A stretch of 64,000 bases of DNA from Chlorokybus atmophyticus (lineage: Eukaryota; Plantae; Mesostigma and Chlorokybus algae), in assembly GCA_009103225.1 (NCBI GenBank), contig RHPI01000773.1:478519-542518 (forward strand), given 5' to 3'. A program made the translations under genes and the position numbers. The stretch's first letter is position 1, and every line of letters starts with the position of its first letter. The notes beneath the pieces were generated by a model that saw only the letters and a list, made by a program, of their open reading frames with translations, was not told where the DNA came from and searched no databases. Below, in pieces: positions 40,732 through 52,315 of this stretch.

Positions 40732-43700
40732 CGAGGTCTTCAGCAGCAACCATGGCGATCAATGTGCGGAAGGTTGTATGCTTACTTGCAGGTGCAAACA
40801 CTTCATTGAAATCCACACCTTCTTGTTGTAAAAATCCCTTTGCCACCAACCTTGCCTTGTAGCGCTCGATGTTGCCTTGACCATCACGCTTCACCTTGAA
40901 CACCCACTTGACCGGAATGGGCTTCACACCTTGCGGGGGCTTCTCCAACACCCATGTGTTGTTGGCATGGAGTGATGCAATCTCATCATCCATAGCTCGC
41001 TGCCATTGTTCTGCATCTGGTGCTCGCAATGCCTCCTCGTAGGTGCTTGGTTCTTCACTCTCGTCATTGTGCACACTAACGATGTGTGCCTTGTAGAAGT
41101 CAGGTGCTTGTCTTTCCCTCACTGGGTAGCGTCGAGCTTGCTCCTGCTGCTTCTGCTTCTCGCCTGCTACAGATGAGCCCTGCTCTTTATTGATGACTGA
41201 TGCCTCGCCTTCAACCTCTTCTCTGCTTGAAAGCTCTTCAGGTTGTGCTTTGTCATCTTCATCTTGAGGGTAGAAACCTTCTTCAGCTTCAACTTGTGAT
41301 GAGCCTTCGTGGAACACGACTTCTCTGCTCACCACAATCTTGCGCGTGTCCTCCAGTAGGACCTTGTACGCCTTTGAGCCTGGTTCGTAGCCAACGAAGA
41401 TGCCCTTCTTGCTGACCGGCTCCAACTTGTGTCGCAATTGACTTGGCACAAGTGCATATGCCACACATCCGAATACATGCATACCACTCACATCTGGCGC
41501 TTCACCGTAAAAGAGCTCCCACGGAGTCTTTTGCTCAGAGCTTATCGGTGAACGGTTGCGGATGTAGTTGGCAGTGAGAACGGCCTCTTTCCACAGACTG
41601 TCCTCCAACTTGGTGTCATTAAGCATGGCTCGAACACGCTCCAACAACGTTCGGTTGAGACGTTCAGCTGCTCCATTCTGCTGCGGAGTGTATGGTGCTG
41701 TTATCTCATGCCGTATGCCTTTGCTGGCGAATAACTCTTTGAGCTGGGCGTTGATGTACTTCCCTCCTCGATCACTTCTCATTGCTTTCATCTTCTTGCC
41801 CGATTGAATCTCAAGCAATGCAATGACTGTGTGCACAGCTCCAGCGACTTCTGACTTTTGAATCAAAGGGAAGACGATAGAAAGCTTGCTGTAGTCGTCG
41901 AGGAAAGTCGCGAAGTACCTTACCCCTCCTTTCGCCACAATGCGCATAGGCCCGCACACGTCCATGTGCACAAGCTCGCAAGGATGCGTGCTACTTGAAG
42001 TAGATGATGGGAACGGCATGCGATGCTGTTTGGCCAACACACAGGGTTCACAGAGCGTAGTTGAAGACGCTTGAAAATCTTCCTTGCTCACAGTGATGCC
42101 CTTTACCATGTCTTCAGCGACCAGGCGTGTGAGGTTGCTGTAGCCCAAATGCCCGAACCTCCGATGCCAAAGCTCAGCTGTCTCCCTTTCCTTCACCATC
42201 ATGGCCTTGTTGCCATGAGTCTGCTCCACAATATAGAGCCCTCCTCGTTGGGTGCCGACCATGTACTCGACCCCATCCATGCGTACGGAGCAGCGTCCCT
42301 CCCGGATCACTATCTCAGCTCTCGCGTGTTCAGCAACTCTCACCGAAAACAAGCTTGCAGCAGCTCCGGGTACATGCAACACTTCACGCAACACCACCTC
42401 TCTCTCACCATCACCAACCTTGCATTGAAGTCTTACTTCACCAACTCCTATTGCTTCCAGCTCGTGACCACTAAAGCCTTCCACCTTCCTTGTGGTTGAC
42501 AGCTTCCTGTAGTTCTCCATCACCTCCTTGTGCGGTGTGAGATGCTGGTCACAGCCTGAGTCAATTGCCCATGAAGTTGTGTTAAACTTCCTTGAGGCAG
42601 TAAATGCAACGCCCTTCTCTTTGCGTTGAGCGTTGCTACTAGTGCCTGCTTCAGATTGCTCCCGTTGGCGCTTGCGACAATCCTTTGAGATATGTCCTTT
42701 ACTACCACAATAGTGGCATGTGAGATTCTTGAACTTTGAGTTGCTGCCTTTCGCCTTGTTCTTGTCTTCATAGTTGCTTAATTTCTTGTATTTGTCTCGT
42801 GTATAGAAGGCCACAGAGTCCGCTTGCTCTTCCTTCTTTGAGACGCGTTGCTCCACAGTGAGCAACTTGGGTAGCACATCATCTAGGGTTAGCTCCGATG
42901 ACGATGTCTTGAGCAGAGTAGCAACAACTTCGTACTCTAATGGCAGTCCTGCAATAATCGCCAATACGACCTCCGTCTCTTCCATCTTGTGGCCGACGTT
43001 GATGAGGTCCGCCCACAGCTCTCTCGCACGTGCAACATACTTTGTGACCGGCTCTGCCGTCTCTTTATGAAGCGCGCTTAGCTGCTTGCGTAATTGTATC
43101 TTTCTGGCGTTGTTCTTGGCTTGAAATACGGCTGCAAGCTTCTCCCAAGCCTGTCTTCCATCTTCACATGCTGTGAGCATGGGAAAGTGATGTGGCTTGC
43201 AGTTAAGCACCATCAATGAATGTGCTTCAACTGAGTGTTCAAGCCAGATGCTTTCTTCTCCTGCTCTTGGTGCAGATGCCTTCGGGTCAACATACTTCTA
43301 CATCTTCTTGTGGATAAGTAGTGCCTTCATCTCTACGCACCAAGTGCGGTAGTTGTTTGTGTCCAGCTTTGCGATCAGCCCTTTATCGTAGCTTACCTCC
43401 ATCTTTGGCGCGCCTGCTTTCTTCTTGCAGTTAGCACTTGAGACTTGCTTTAATAATCTTCACGTGTTGTGACTTGAGTGACTTTGTTGACTTCAGTAAC
43501 TTTAATCTACACTTCACTCTTGAGTGACTTCAATGACTTCGGTCTTGAATGACTTCGGTCTTCATTTCACTCTTCAGCGCCTTCAATTTTGAGTGACTTC
43601 GGTCTTCTCTTCACTCTTCAGTCTCGAGTAACTTCGATTTTCACTTCAATTCACTTTGTCACTTTTCTTCACTTCGCTTTCTTTCTCTTTCTCACACTCT

Positions 43701-44127
43701 TCACGCGTAGTGTGGGCCCATAACCTGTTGAGAAGCAAGCATGCAAGTGAAGAGGGCAAGCAATGACACACAGGAGAAGGCAACACACTTCCCGGTTTAT
43801 TACCAACAGACCGCGGGGTTATATACCCGCCAGTCAGTACACAGTTTGTACACACTGCTGGTCTACATGCAACAGCGTCCGATACACTGAACCATATCCT
43901 ACGCTGTAAGATGTGCCACGTAGCTAACTTAATAAGCTTTGTGACATGCTATGCCACGTCCTATAAGACTGAGTATCCTAGGAGATATGACGATTCTCCT
44001 AGGACCCTTCTCTGCAGTCCGCGCCAGGACCTTCATGTCCGGAGTCTTCGAGATCCTCCCATCGAGGTCCCTTCTCTTCTCTCTTGTATGCAAGGCAGGC
44101 TGACCAGATGTAGGAATATCTTCAACA
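40732..44127 (-). mobile_element. Ty1/copia retrotransposon, 5' half (5' LTR 44127-43726, PBS, gag, PR, IN, N-terminal RT)
   Basis: 402-bp LTR TGTTG...CAACA; PBS GGTTATGGGCCCA (copia/Osser type); CHYCGSKGHISKDC knuckle, protease WAIDSGC, integrase HMDVCGP/RSDRGG/NGAAER, RT YKARLVAKGF; sequence stops at AAEDL. Confidence 0.96.
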
Positions 44128-44153
44128 GTAAGTAATGCTCATGGTCGGAGCAG

Positions 44154-46490
44154 GTATGGCTCGCGCGGTTGTATAGCAATCCACATGCCGCCAATGGCTT
44201 CAATCTCCAGTACAGTGGTGACGAGCACAGCTTTGGCCATCCTTCCACGGGCGATTGGTGGAAGGATGTGGAGGTGGATTTGAGGAGAGAGGTGGGGGAA
44301 GCGTCCTACTTAGTGCCTGCGATTCTGGTTAGTGACAAGACCATGCTGGACAGCGCGGGCAAGCGCTCTGGCTACCCTCTGATGGCATCGCTTGCCAACT
44401 ACAGCTGGGACATGTATGCTAGCAACATGGGGGTTATTATGATAGCGCTTCTGCCGATTAATTCACGCAGTGGCCGGGCATCCCACCTGGGCGCAGGGCA
44501 AGGAATCGTTCTCCATTCGAAAACGTGAGATTTTTTATGACGCTTTGAATGTAGTGTTAGGGGATGTGAAGCGGGCGAGTTGGGAAGGTCTGCAGCTCAT
44601 CGACCCGGATGGCATCGAGCATCGTGTGTTTCTCGCGGTTGCCAACTACATCAGCGATTTGGAGGTAGTGGGCATGCATGGTTGTAACCGGATGCAGCCT
44701 GCCAGCAAACAGTGCATGGAGGATGTTGTCAGTAGAACTTTTGAGTTTGTCGTGTTGTAAGAGACTGCCACACTCGCACGCACTGTGTCGGGCAACCAAA
44801 CACGACACCCTTGCAATGTTTGTCTCGTCACCAATCCAGATTTGTTGGAGATAGATGAGGACCGGGAATTGAGAACCGAGGCCTTCTACACACCAGCAAT
44901 ACGTCAGCTGCGGGCGGATCTGCATAGCGGTGTTAGAAATGCACGCCAGACAGCCAAGGCTTTCAAAGAGCAGCACTCCATGCATGTCGAGGAGGTAATG
45001 GTCAAATTATCGGCATTCGTGAGGATGAATGGCTTTCCGTGAAACCAGGCAAATGTGGTTTGGCAACAGAATGCACTGTGGGGTTGGCGACAGTCGCAGG
45101 TTCCGGGAGCTGACTGCTCCTCTCGTCTTGCCCCTGACGCAATGTATGTGCTGGGAGGCATCATTGACCACCTGCTTGCTGCTATGTACGACGCCGCGAA
45201 AGAACAAATGCGTCCATCCACGAGATAGATTCTGCAGGCCAGGCACGTCTTTGGTGTTGCTTTTGTGTTGAACACAAAAGCCAACGACACGTGCTCACAG
45301 GCAGATGTGCACAGGCTGAATGCATGCAAGGCAACTCTGCGGGTTTCGCACTTCAAGGCACCCACAAGCACAGTACATTTCTTCCTGTCCGACCACTCCT
45401 TTCAGGTGGTGGAGAAAGTGGCGGTGCTGCAGCTGCTGCCGATCCTCGCAGACGGTTTGCTGCTCGACAATGAATGCAACAATTTCTTCACCATTGCTGC
45501 CGCATGGCTCGCCCAGTGGAACAAGAAGTTGCTCAAGGCGCATAAACACACAAGAGAGACCCTGACCACAGCCGACAACAAGCTGGCTGCCTTTAAAGCT
45601 GCAGTGTTGCATCCGCTACTGTCGTCATATTCTGCACAGAAGTCAGGTTGGAAGATCGAGAAGATGCATCAGCTCACTCATTTTGGGCCAGCAATTGTCA
45701 GCTGCGGACACACGGATTGGTTCAGCGCCAACCGCATGGAGCTGTGCCGAGACGCACGCCCGAAATATCGAATGGTGGGCGCGTGGTGGCAACAAGCAGG
45801 ACTACCAGGCACGTATCTTGAAGGCATGGAGCTGTGCGGAATATGTGAGAGAGGATGGCATGATCGTGAATCCCGAGATGCGCTCGATCATGGCGCAGGC
45901 GCGGCAGCAGTGCTGTAATGTTATGGAGAAGGCGGACAAGTTGCTACGGATGGATGTGTTGACAAGGAGGGAGTCCAGCCCGTATTGGAGCGGATTTGCG
46001 CGTAGCCGCCAAGTCGCCTTGAAGACTCCATTCGCCGACAAGCTGCCTGCCACCCTGGACAGCTGATTGAGGAGGGATCAACTGGAGTTGGCCGACGGGT
46101 GGCATGCTGTTTGCGTGGTGAACGGAGGCGCAGCGGTGTACATGACATCAGGAGTCAGCATGGCGCGCGCAACTGGGATGTTCTATGGGCGGCCTTGGTT
46201 CTCTATACTTGAGTTGGAAGGTGATGAGGACGGTGTGCACGTGACGTGGTGGGCTCAGGCACTCCTTTTTTTGCGCGTGGTGGTGTGGGGTGGTAGCGGC
46301 GAGCGTGTGGAAGGAGGTCATGTTTGTCCGCTTGTACACTAAGTTAGATGTGACGAGCGACACAAAGTGCATCGCTCTGGAATGGGAAAAGCGTCGAGGC
46401 GGTCCACATCTCGATGTCGTGACTCTGGAGCAAGTAAAAGGCATTGTCCAGCTGCTCCCCATGTTTGACATAGACAGCGCCCGTGTATAA
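44154..46490 (+). pseudogene. Plavaka-type transposase (CACTA/CMC-related), core and C-terminal BAH-like domain
   Basis: HPSTGDWW; ILVSDKTML..GKRSGYPLMASLAN; FYDALNVVL..GLQLIDPDG..NYISDLE; HPCNVC; WKIEKMHQLTHFGPAIVSCGHTDWFSANRME; C-terminal WFSILEL..WAQALLFL..FVRLY..IVQLLPMF. Stops and frameshifts present. Confidence 0.8.
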
Positions 46491-46735
46491 GAGGGCAAGT
46501 CTTGGGTGAACGTTCAATGCACTTACACATGACACATGTACTTGTCTCACTACTCTGAGTTTGGAGCATATCAGTCAGTTAGGCATTGCTAATCGGATGC
46601 TAAGACTTTTGCATGTGGACGTGTACAATACCGGGCAGCTGTCACTGCACAACTGTCACCACAATCAAATGTGCCATGCAACATTCAACAATCAGTCCGC
46701 CGTGTGGCATTAAGCATCAGTACAGTGCACCACAC

Positions 46736-48451
46736 TCAAGCCTTATAGTTCCATGACACAGGAGGGTAGTCACAGCGCATATCCATTGTTTCAAGCATGA
46801 GACGCCCTATGTACTCCGCCATTGCGAGAGGAAATGCATTCGCTATGGAAACGGCCGAGGTCATCCATGGCACTCCCAGCGCTGTTTGCCACGCAGCAAT
46901 GCCGCCTCTGGTGCTTGAAAGGCCATAGACCGGGTACATCTGCTGTGGCGCATTTGATGTCACGATTGTCTTCTTCGCGCTAGCGGACAGGTGCGGCGAT
47001 AGCAGTTCAACTGCCTTGCCCGCGTGCGAGCAGCGTGCTGGTGGGGTAGCTACCACTGGCTGTGTCTCAAACAGACGGTGTCGGAAAGTTGATAGGCTAA
47101 ACATTGTGCCACAAAGGGACAGATTGGGTCTGAATGAGGAAGTTGCTTCTGGCACATTCTCAATCACAAAGTTGACCTGGCTTGCAAGCAGCAGACGTCG
47201 AACGAGCGGTATCATATCCTGGTGTCTCCAGGATGTGCCATGTGCCGCCCGTTAAGGTGCTGGGATAGCACCTGAATAGGCCTGGCATGGTGGACTGGCC
47301 CAGATGAGCTCATACTCGCTCAGCTCTCCTGCACTCAGGGTGCATACATCGCTGTGTATGAAGGGCAGCGGGTACTCAGAGGAGGGACTTATGTTCATCT
47401 CGGTCACGTCAAAGCCTGCGTGGTATAGACTGACACTAGCACCGCCATCGCCGCAGAGTAGGTCGAGTGCCCTTGGTCGCGTGTGCGTCCAAGCTTAATG
47501 TCGTGGCGTGTATGTGGTCAAGGCTGGCCGTGGTGCTGGCCAAGAACTAACAATGATGCCGTCCGGGCTTACTTTGCGACTGACATTCTCCCCTCCAGCG
47601 CGCAGAACATGGCGTGCCCCGTCAACTGATGTGTACGCAAATACGTTGTGCCCTTTGAAGTTGATGGTTTGTGGTCGATCACCGTCATCAAATACTATAC
47701 GGTGCTGCCCTGCAAAGACATTTTTCATTGCACCATGCATATATGATGCGTCCTCAATCTCGCACGCCATGAAGCGATGCTGACCTGACGCTTGCTTGAA
47801 TGATTTCACAACGCCCGCATAGCATTCCCCATCCAGCGGCCAATGCACCGTGACACTCACACCGATCAGCTGCTCGCATCCCAACTTAATTGCGTTCCGC
47901 AGCCGATGCAGTGCGCTGTCGAACGGTCGATGGTTTGCCTCCTCCACAGCGGCCAGGGGATGGAACTGCCCACGCCGTGGAAGACTGCTCTGAATGCGAC
48001 AACAGCTTCAACATGCATAAAATAAGCATACGCCCAACATAACATGCAGTGATACGTCGCGGTCCACTCTGCCGAATTACCTCCACAGCATCCACCACCT
48101 GCCCACTAACCACATGTCCCGGTGTTGTCCATGTGAAGAAGCGCATGGGTTCCCCTCGCCACTCGAAGCATGAGCGCGAGCACGATTCGCACACGCACTG
48201 CACGCAATGGAAAAACTCGGGTTGCATGGCACTTAGCCCAGGTGGCAGCCAAACACGTCGACATTGTGTGTGGTGTGATGCCAACAAGCAGCACTAAAAC
48301 TGTGGCACACTGTCTGCACTCGCTGACATTCGGTCAAGTGTGCTCGCATTTGCTGCCTACGGCAATTGGCACATATGTACGCATTGCATTGTGGGCACAC
48401 CAAGCATGGTCTCCTAGGTGAGGGGGATTCAACTGCTGCCACCGACATCAT
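46736..48451 (-). pseudogene. Zinc finger(s)-Tudor-C5 cytosine DNA methyltransferase fusion gene (two in-frame TAA stops)
   Basis: MTase motif I LDLLCGDGG, IV WASPPCQAYS, VI FVIENV, VIII LCGTMFSLSTFRHRLFE, X-like ALGVPWMT..IANAFPLAMAEYIGR. Tudor IGVSVTVHWPLDGECYAGVVKSFKQASG|QHRIVFDDGD after removing a 75-nt GT-AG intron. Tudor and MTase share one frame through the TAA at 47495. N-terminal CPQC..CANC..H..C. Confidence 0.85.
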
Positions 48452-48569
48452 GCAAAATAGGAATCGGCACGGCTGCCCACAAATTGAGCGAGACTTTAGC
48501 GTATGGGCATCAATCTAAGGTTGCCAGCTTACGAACCCTAAATGGGTCAAACTTCAAATGAAGCACGAC

Positions 48570-48680
48570 TGTACCATGGACGCTATTGCAAACCCATGCA
48601 TGGTACTACATCAACATGAATGGTACTTCATCTGTTAATGGTACTACACTACAAGGATACTCGCATACTACCATGATTGT
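48570..48680. promoter_or_regulatory. Second ATGGTAC cluster, upstream of the Tudor-MTase gene
   Basis: GTACCAT (48571), ATGGTACT x3 (~48600, 48620, 48638). Confidence 0.45.
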
Positions 48681-48934
48681 ACAGTAATACTGTGCTGTCA
48701 TGCCATGGAACCCAGAGCGCTGTCCGAATTTATTGCTGTCAACCACGCTCTAAACCAACGAGGTATGCAAGCCATGCACTGACTCATGCGCCGGGCAGTC
48801 ATCATACACACGTACAGCCAATGCTTCTGACAACAGCAGATCTCTGGTGCACCATGCACCTTGCTGCAACCATACATGTACCTACATGGTTCACAGGAAG
48901 CCAACACAATACTACAATACATGCACAATTGGCA

Positions 48935-49453
48935 TCAAGGCGGGGTCCAAATCACCGCCGACACGTTGGCGTCTTGCATCAGGCGTGGCGACCAAAACGG
49001 GTGAGGTTGCTTGCAGAAGGGACACGCTTGTAGATTCTTTGATTTATTTGCCACAGTCTTCTGATGTGCTATGATGCAGACATGGCACATCGCTTTCTTG
49101 CAACAGGGCGTCTCCCCATCCGCTCGGGGGGGAGGCTCTTCAATGCAACAAATCAGCACACATGGTGCACGCGGGTGTGCAAGCTGCCTCCGCCACCAAA
49201 CTCTGTTATCGCGTTACAGGCGTAGCGACTCCCATCTCAATGGCGCAGCATAACGCTCCATTGCCTGCTTGATCAACTGTTGCCCATCTGCCGCCATACA
49301 CCACCTGCTAGTCTTGATGGTCTCGTCCAGCATGCGTTTATCCAGGCCCTCGACATGGCTGTCGTCACTCGTGTACTCCCCCGCATTGTCATTTTCTTCG
49401 AGCTTCCACAGAACCAGCTCGACGTGCCGTATGACATACCGCCACTGCCAGTT
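48935..49453 (-). pseudogene. 3' part of the OTU cargo gene with a C-terminal RING-like finger
   Basis: The frame continues across the LINE (FELYLAC|FNWQWRYVIRHVELVLWKLEE); CVLICCIEE..TPCCKKAMCHVCI..ACPFCKQP. Confidence 0.6.
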
Positions 49454-49628
49454 AAAGCATGCCGAGGGCGGTTACAGGAAGCGAACTAGGATCGGCGGCG
49501 GCGGCGGCGGAGTAGCTTGGGAGGGGGGGGGGGGNGGGGGTGGTTGGGGCTGCGGTCCTACCCCTGACCTGGCCACCTCGCCGCCCTTTGTAGCAAACCT
49601 ATTTTTGGGTTGGTCAACCCTGGTCAAC

Positions 49629-52315
49629 ATGGCTGAGGAGATAGACAGCGCGGAGGCCATGCTTGCTGCGCTTGCCTCCCCTCTACCGGCTCAGCCTTCC
49701 CCTCCCCCCCTTCAAGGGGAGGGGCTGCCCCAGGCCACCGCCTCGCTTGAGGTGGCCGGAGGCGCCTAGAGCGCAGGAGACCCACGGCGCCCTGCTGGCC
49801 GTCCTGCCCCGGGCTTGTCTACCACGCTTTCCGGGGCTTCGCAAGAGGCCCCTCCTCCCACAGCTGAGTGCCTAGCTACAGTTGTGTCGGGTTGCCCTGG
49901 CTCTTTGCTAGTCACCCCTTCTCTGGAGGGGCCTGCTGAATGCTTAGAGATCACGGTAGCTTCCCCACTGTTTGAGGACTGGTTGTGCGTGCTCCGCTCG
50001 CGCGCACTCGTCTTTACTTTTCCTTTCGCCGCATCACTCACATCAGCTACAAGTGTGCGGCTTGCTTGGTTGCAAGCGGTGTGCTCGGAGGGGCAGCCGG
50101 CTAGCTTGTTGTCCTCGGTGCATCCAATTGCCGGAACCGGGGATGTGCAATGCGTGTTCACATCCGTGGCAGGTGCGGAGCACGTCCTTTCCCTTGCCAA
50201 GCGCAACCTTCTTCCTCCGTGCAGCCACAAGACTGTTCGTGTGCATCGGTGGGAGGAGGCCTCGCCTTCCCGCTTCTGGATCTCCTTCCTGGGCATGAGG
50301 CCGGAGCTTCTCCCCTTCATCCGGGCAGCCGTGCAGCAGCTAGGGGTGCTGGGCGAGGCTCTCCCGAACGCTCAGACAGGAGAGGTTCCGCTCTTCGAAA
50401 CTTCGAGCACACGCTACTGCTTCCTTCCACGCCAAGAGGCGGTAATTCCCAAGAAGCTTGCATTCCGCGTGAAGCAAGCGGACAGCTGGCTCACATACAC
50501 GGTGGACGTGGTGACATCTGCCACTCCTCCCACCTGCTTCTTGTGCAAGCAGCCTGGCCATGTTCGTGCACGCTGCCCTCGCGCGCGCGCAGCTGGACAA
50601 GCTGCTCCGACTGCCCCGTCAGTTCTTCCCGCAGCAGCAGCCCCTCCCCCCTCCCACTGTTGCCACACATGCAGCGGAGAGGCGAGAGGACACCAGGCAC
50701 TCTGCATCCGAGCGCACGACGAACCAGCCAGCTCCCCGTCCGCGTCTGCCTGCGCAGCGGGAGGTATCAGAGGCCATGCTCGTGGCGCCCGCGGAGGAGG
50801 AGAAGGAGGGCTGGCAGCAGGTGCAACGCAAGGGCAAGCGCCAAGTTGCCTCGTCGTCTGCCCCTTCCTCCTCCCCGCCTGCAGCTGGTGCGCAGCCTTC
50901 CGTTGCGGACTGGCTCCTCCCCGCATTGCAGGGGGACAGCCCGTCCCGTCAATGGTGTGACATGGTGGAGGAAGAACAACAGCTGGCGGAGCCTGAGGCC
51001 CGTCCCCAGGACCCCCCCGCACCTGTTCTCTCCGAGGTGCTCTCTCCACTGCTCCATTCTCTCGAGGTGGATGTGGGGGAGGGCGTCTTCGACACAGTGT
51101 ACGTGGTGCCGGTGGTTGGGAGCCATCTCCACGCGCGCGGGTACGCCGAAGGCAAGGCCAAAGTGCTGCTCTCGGATGTGGGGCAAAGCTCGGGTATGCG
51201 GGTGGAGAAGCTCCCTCCCCCTCCCGCTGCCTCTCCCCCCACCGAGTCATGGTTCTATGCACAGCTGAGGGAGACACTCCTCTCCATCAGCTACCCGCTG
51301 AACACGACAACGGAGGAGTTGGCGTTGTCGGCCGCGCTCTCCAACATTGTCGCTGTCCGGGGCAAGGGCACACGACGGGTCAAGCTCTACCTGCTGATTG
51401 TTGTCCCGGAGGATGGCTCCCACACTCAGCCCCTCGGCCTCGAGCAACGTTGGGCTTCCATTGCATTGGAGTGGGAGGAGGGCCTGCGCACGAGCGCAGC
51501 GGGGCGCATGGCGACGCTGGGGTTCATGCTCCTTGCGGCCTTCCAGGCCTGGCAGTCAGCTCAGCAGCAGCCCACTTCCCCGCTGCTGATGGATCCCTCC
51601 TCTTCCTCGGCCGGCACGCTTCCGAGGCTGTCCGTGGTGAAGAGGTTATTCTCTCCACCCAAGCCGATGTTGCACGCAGCAGCAGACGCTCCGCCCAGTC
51701 CGGTGCACTTGCAGCCTGCGCTGCGCACTCGCTTTCGCTCCCCGGAGAAGGCGCCACCCCCTCGCGCGGTGCGTGCCATCATGGCTGTGCTGCGCTGCCA
51801 CGAGGGGGAATGGTGGTTGGGCTTGGGTAGATGCCCGCAGATGTCTCTCGTGCCCTTCGTCTTTGGCTGGCTCGGAGGAGACAGCCTCGGAACCGCAGCT
51901 GCGCACCTTGGCAGCGGGAGCGCTTCAACTGCCCCTGGATGTGCCATGGGAGGAGTGGGAAGCGGCCTCCAGCTCATTGTCGCTCCTCCTGCAGGACGAG
52001 GAGGTGCCGCAATGCAAGGTGTGGGTGGTCACCCTCCCGGACTCCTTCCACGCCACGGGGGAAGGGGACGTGGTGTGGGCCAATGTCCGCAAACTTCATG
52101 GCGTGGCGGGTGGGGTGGATGCATTGGTGGGCCCCATCGTGGCTTCCGCTCTTCGGTTGCTGCGGAGACAGGCCTCACAGCTGCTCCCCCTCCCCCGCAA
52201 CGCGGATACCACGCTGATTGACGCCCTGCAGTGGGCAGCCGTGGACTCGGGCGACATCTCCCTCTCGGAGCTGCTCGGCCTTCCCCACGAGGACGACCTT
52301 CTTCTCTTACCATGA
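49629..52315 (+). pseudogene. LINE ORF1 (CCHC zinc knuckle, long C-terminal extension), disrupted
   Basis: CFLCKQPGHVRARCP; TAG at 49767 and frameshifts; the stop overlaps the ORF2 start (ATGA at 52312-52315). Confidence 0.75.

Noticed and set aside
39315-48656. CTTGTAGTG (39315) and CACTACAAG (~48648) as CACTA termini
   Set aside because: Only 9 bp match, no matching 3-bp TSD was seen, and they become direct repeats once the inversion is undone.
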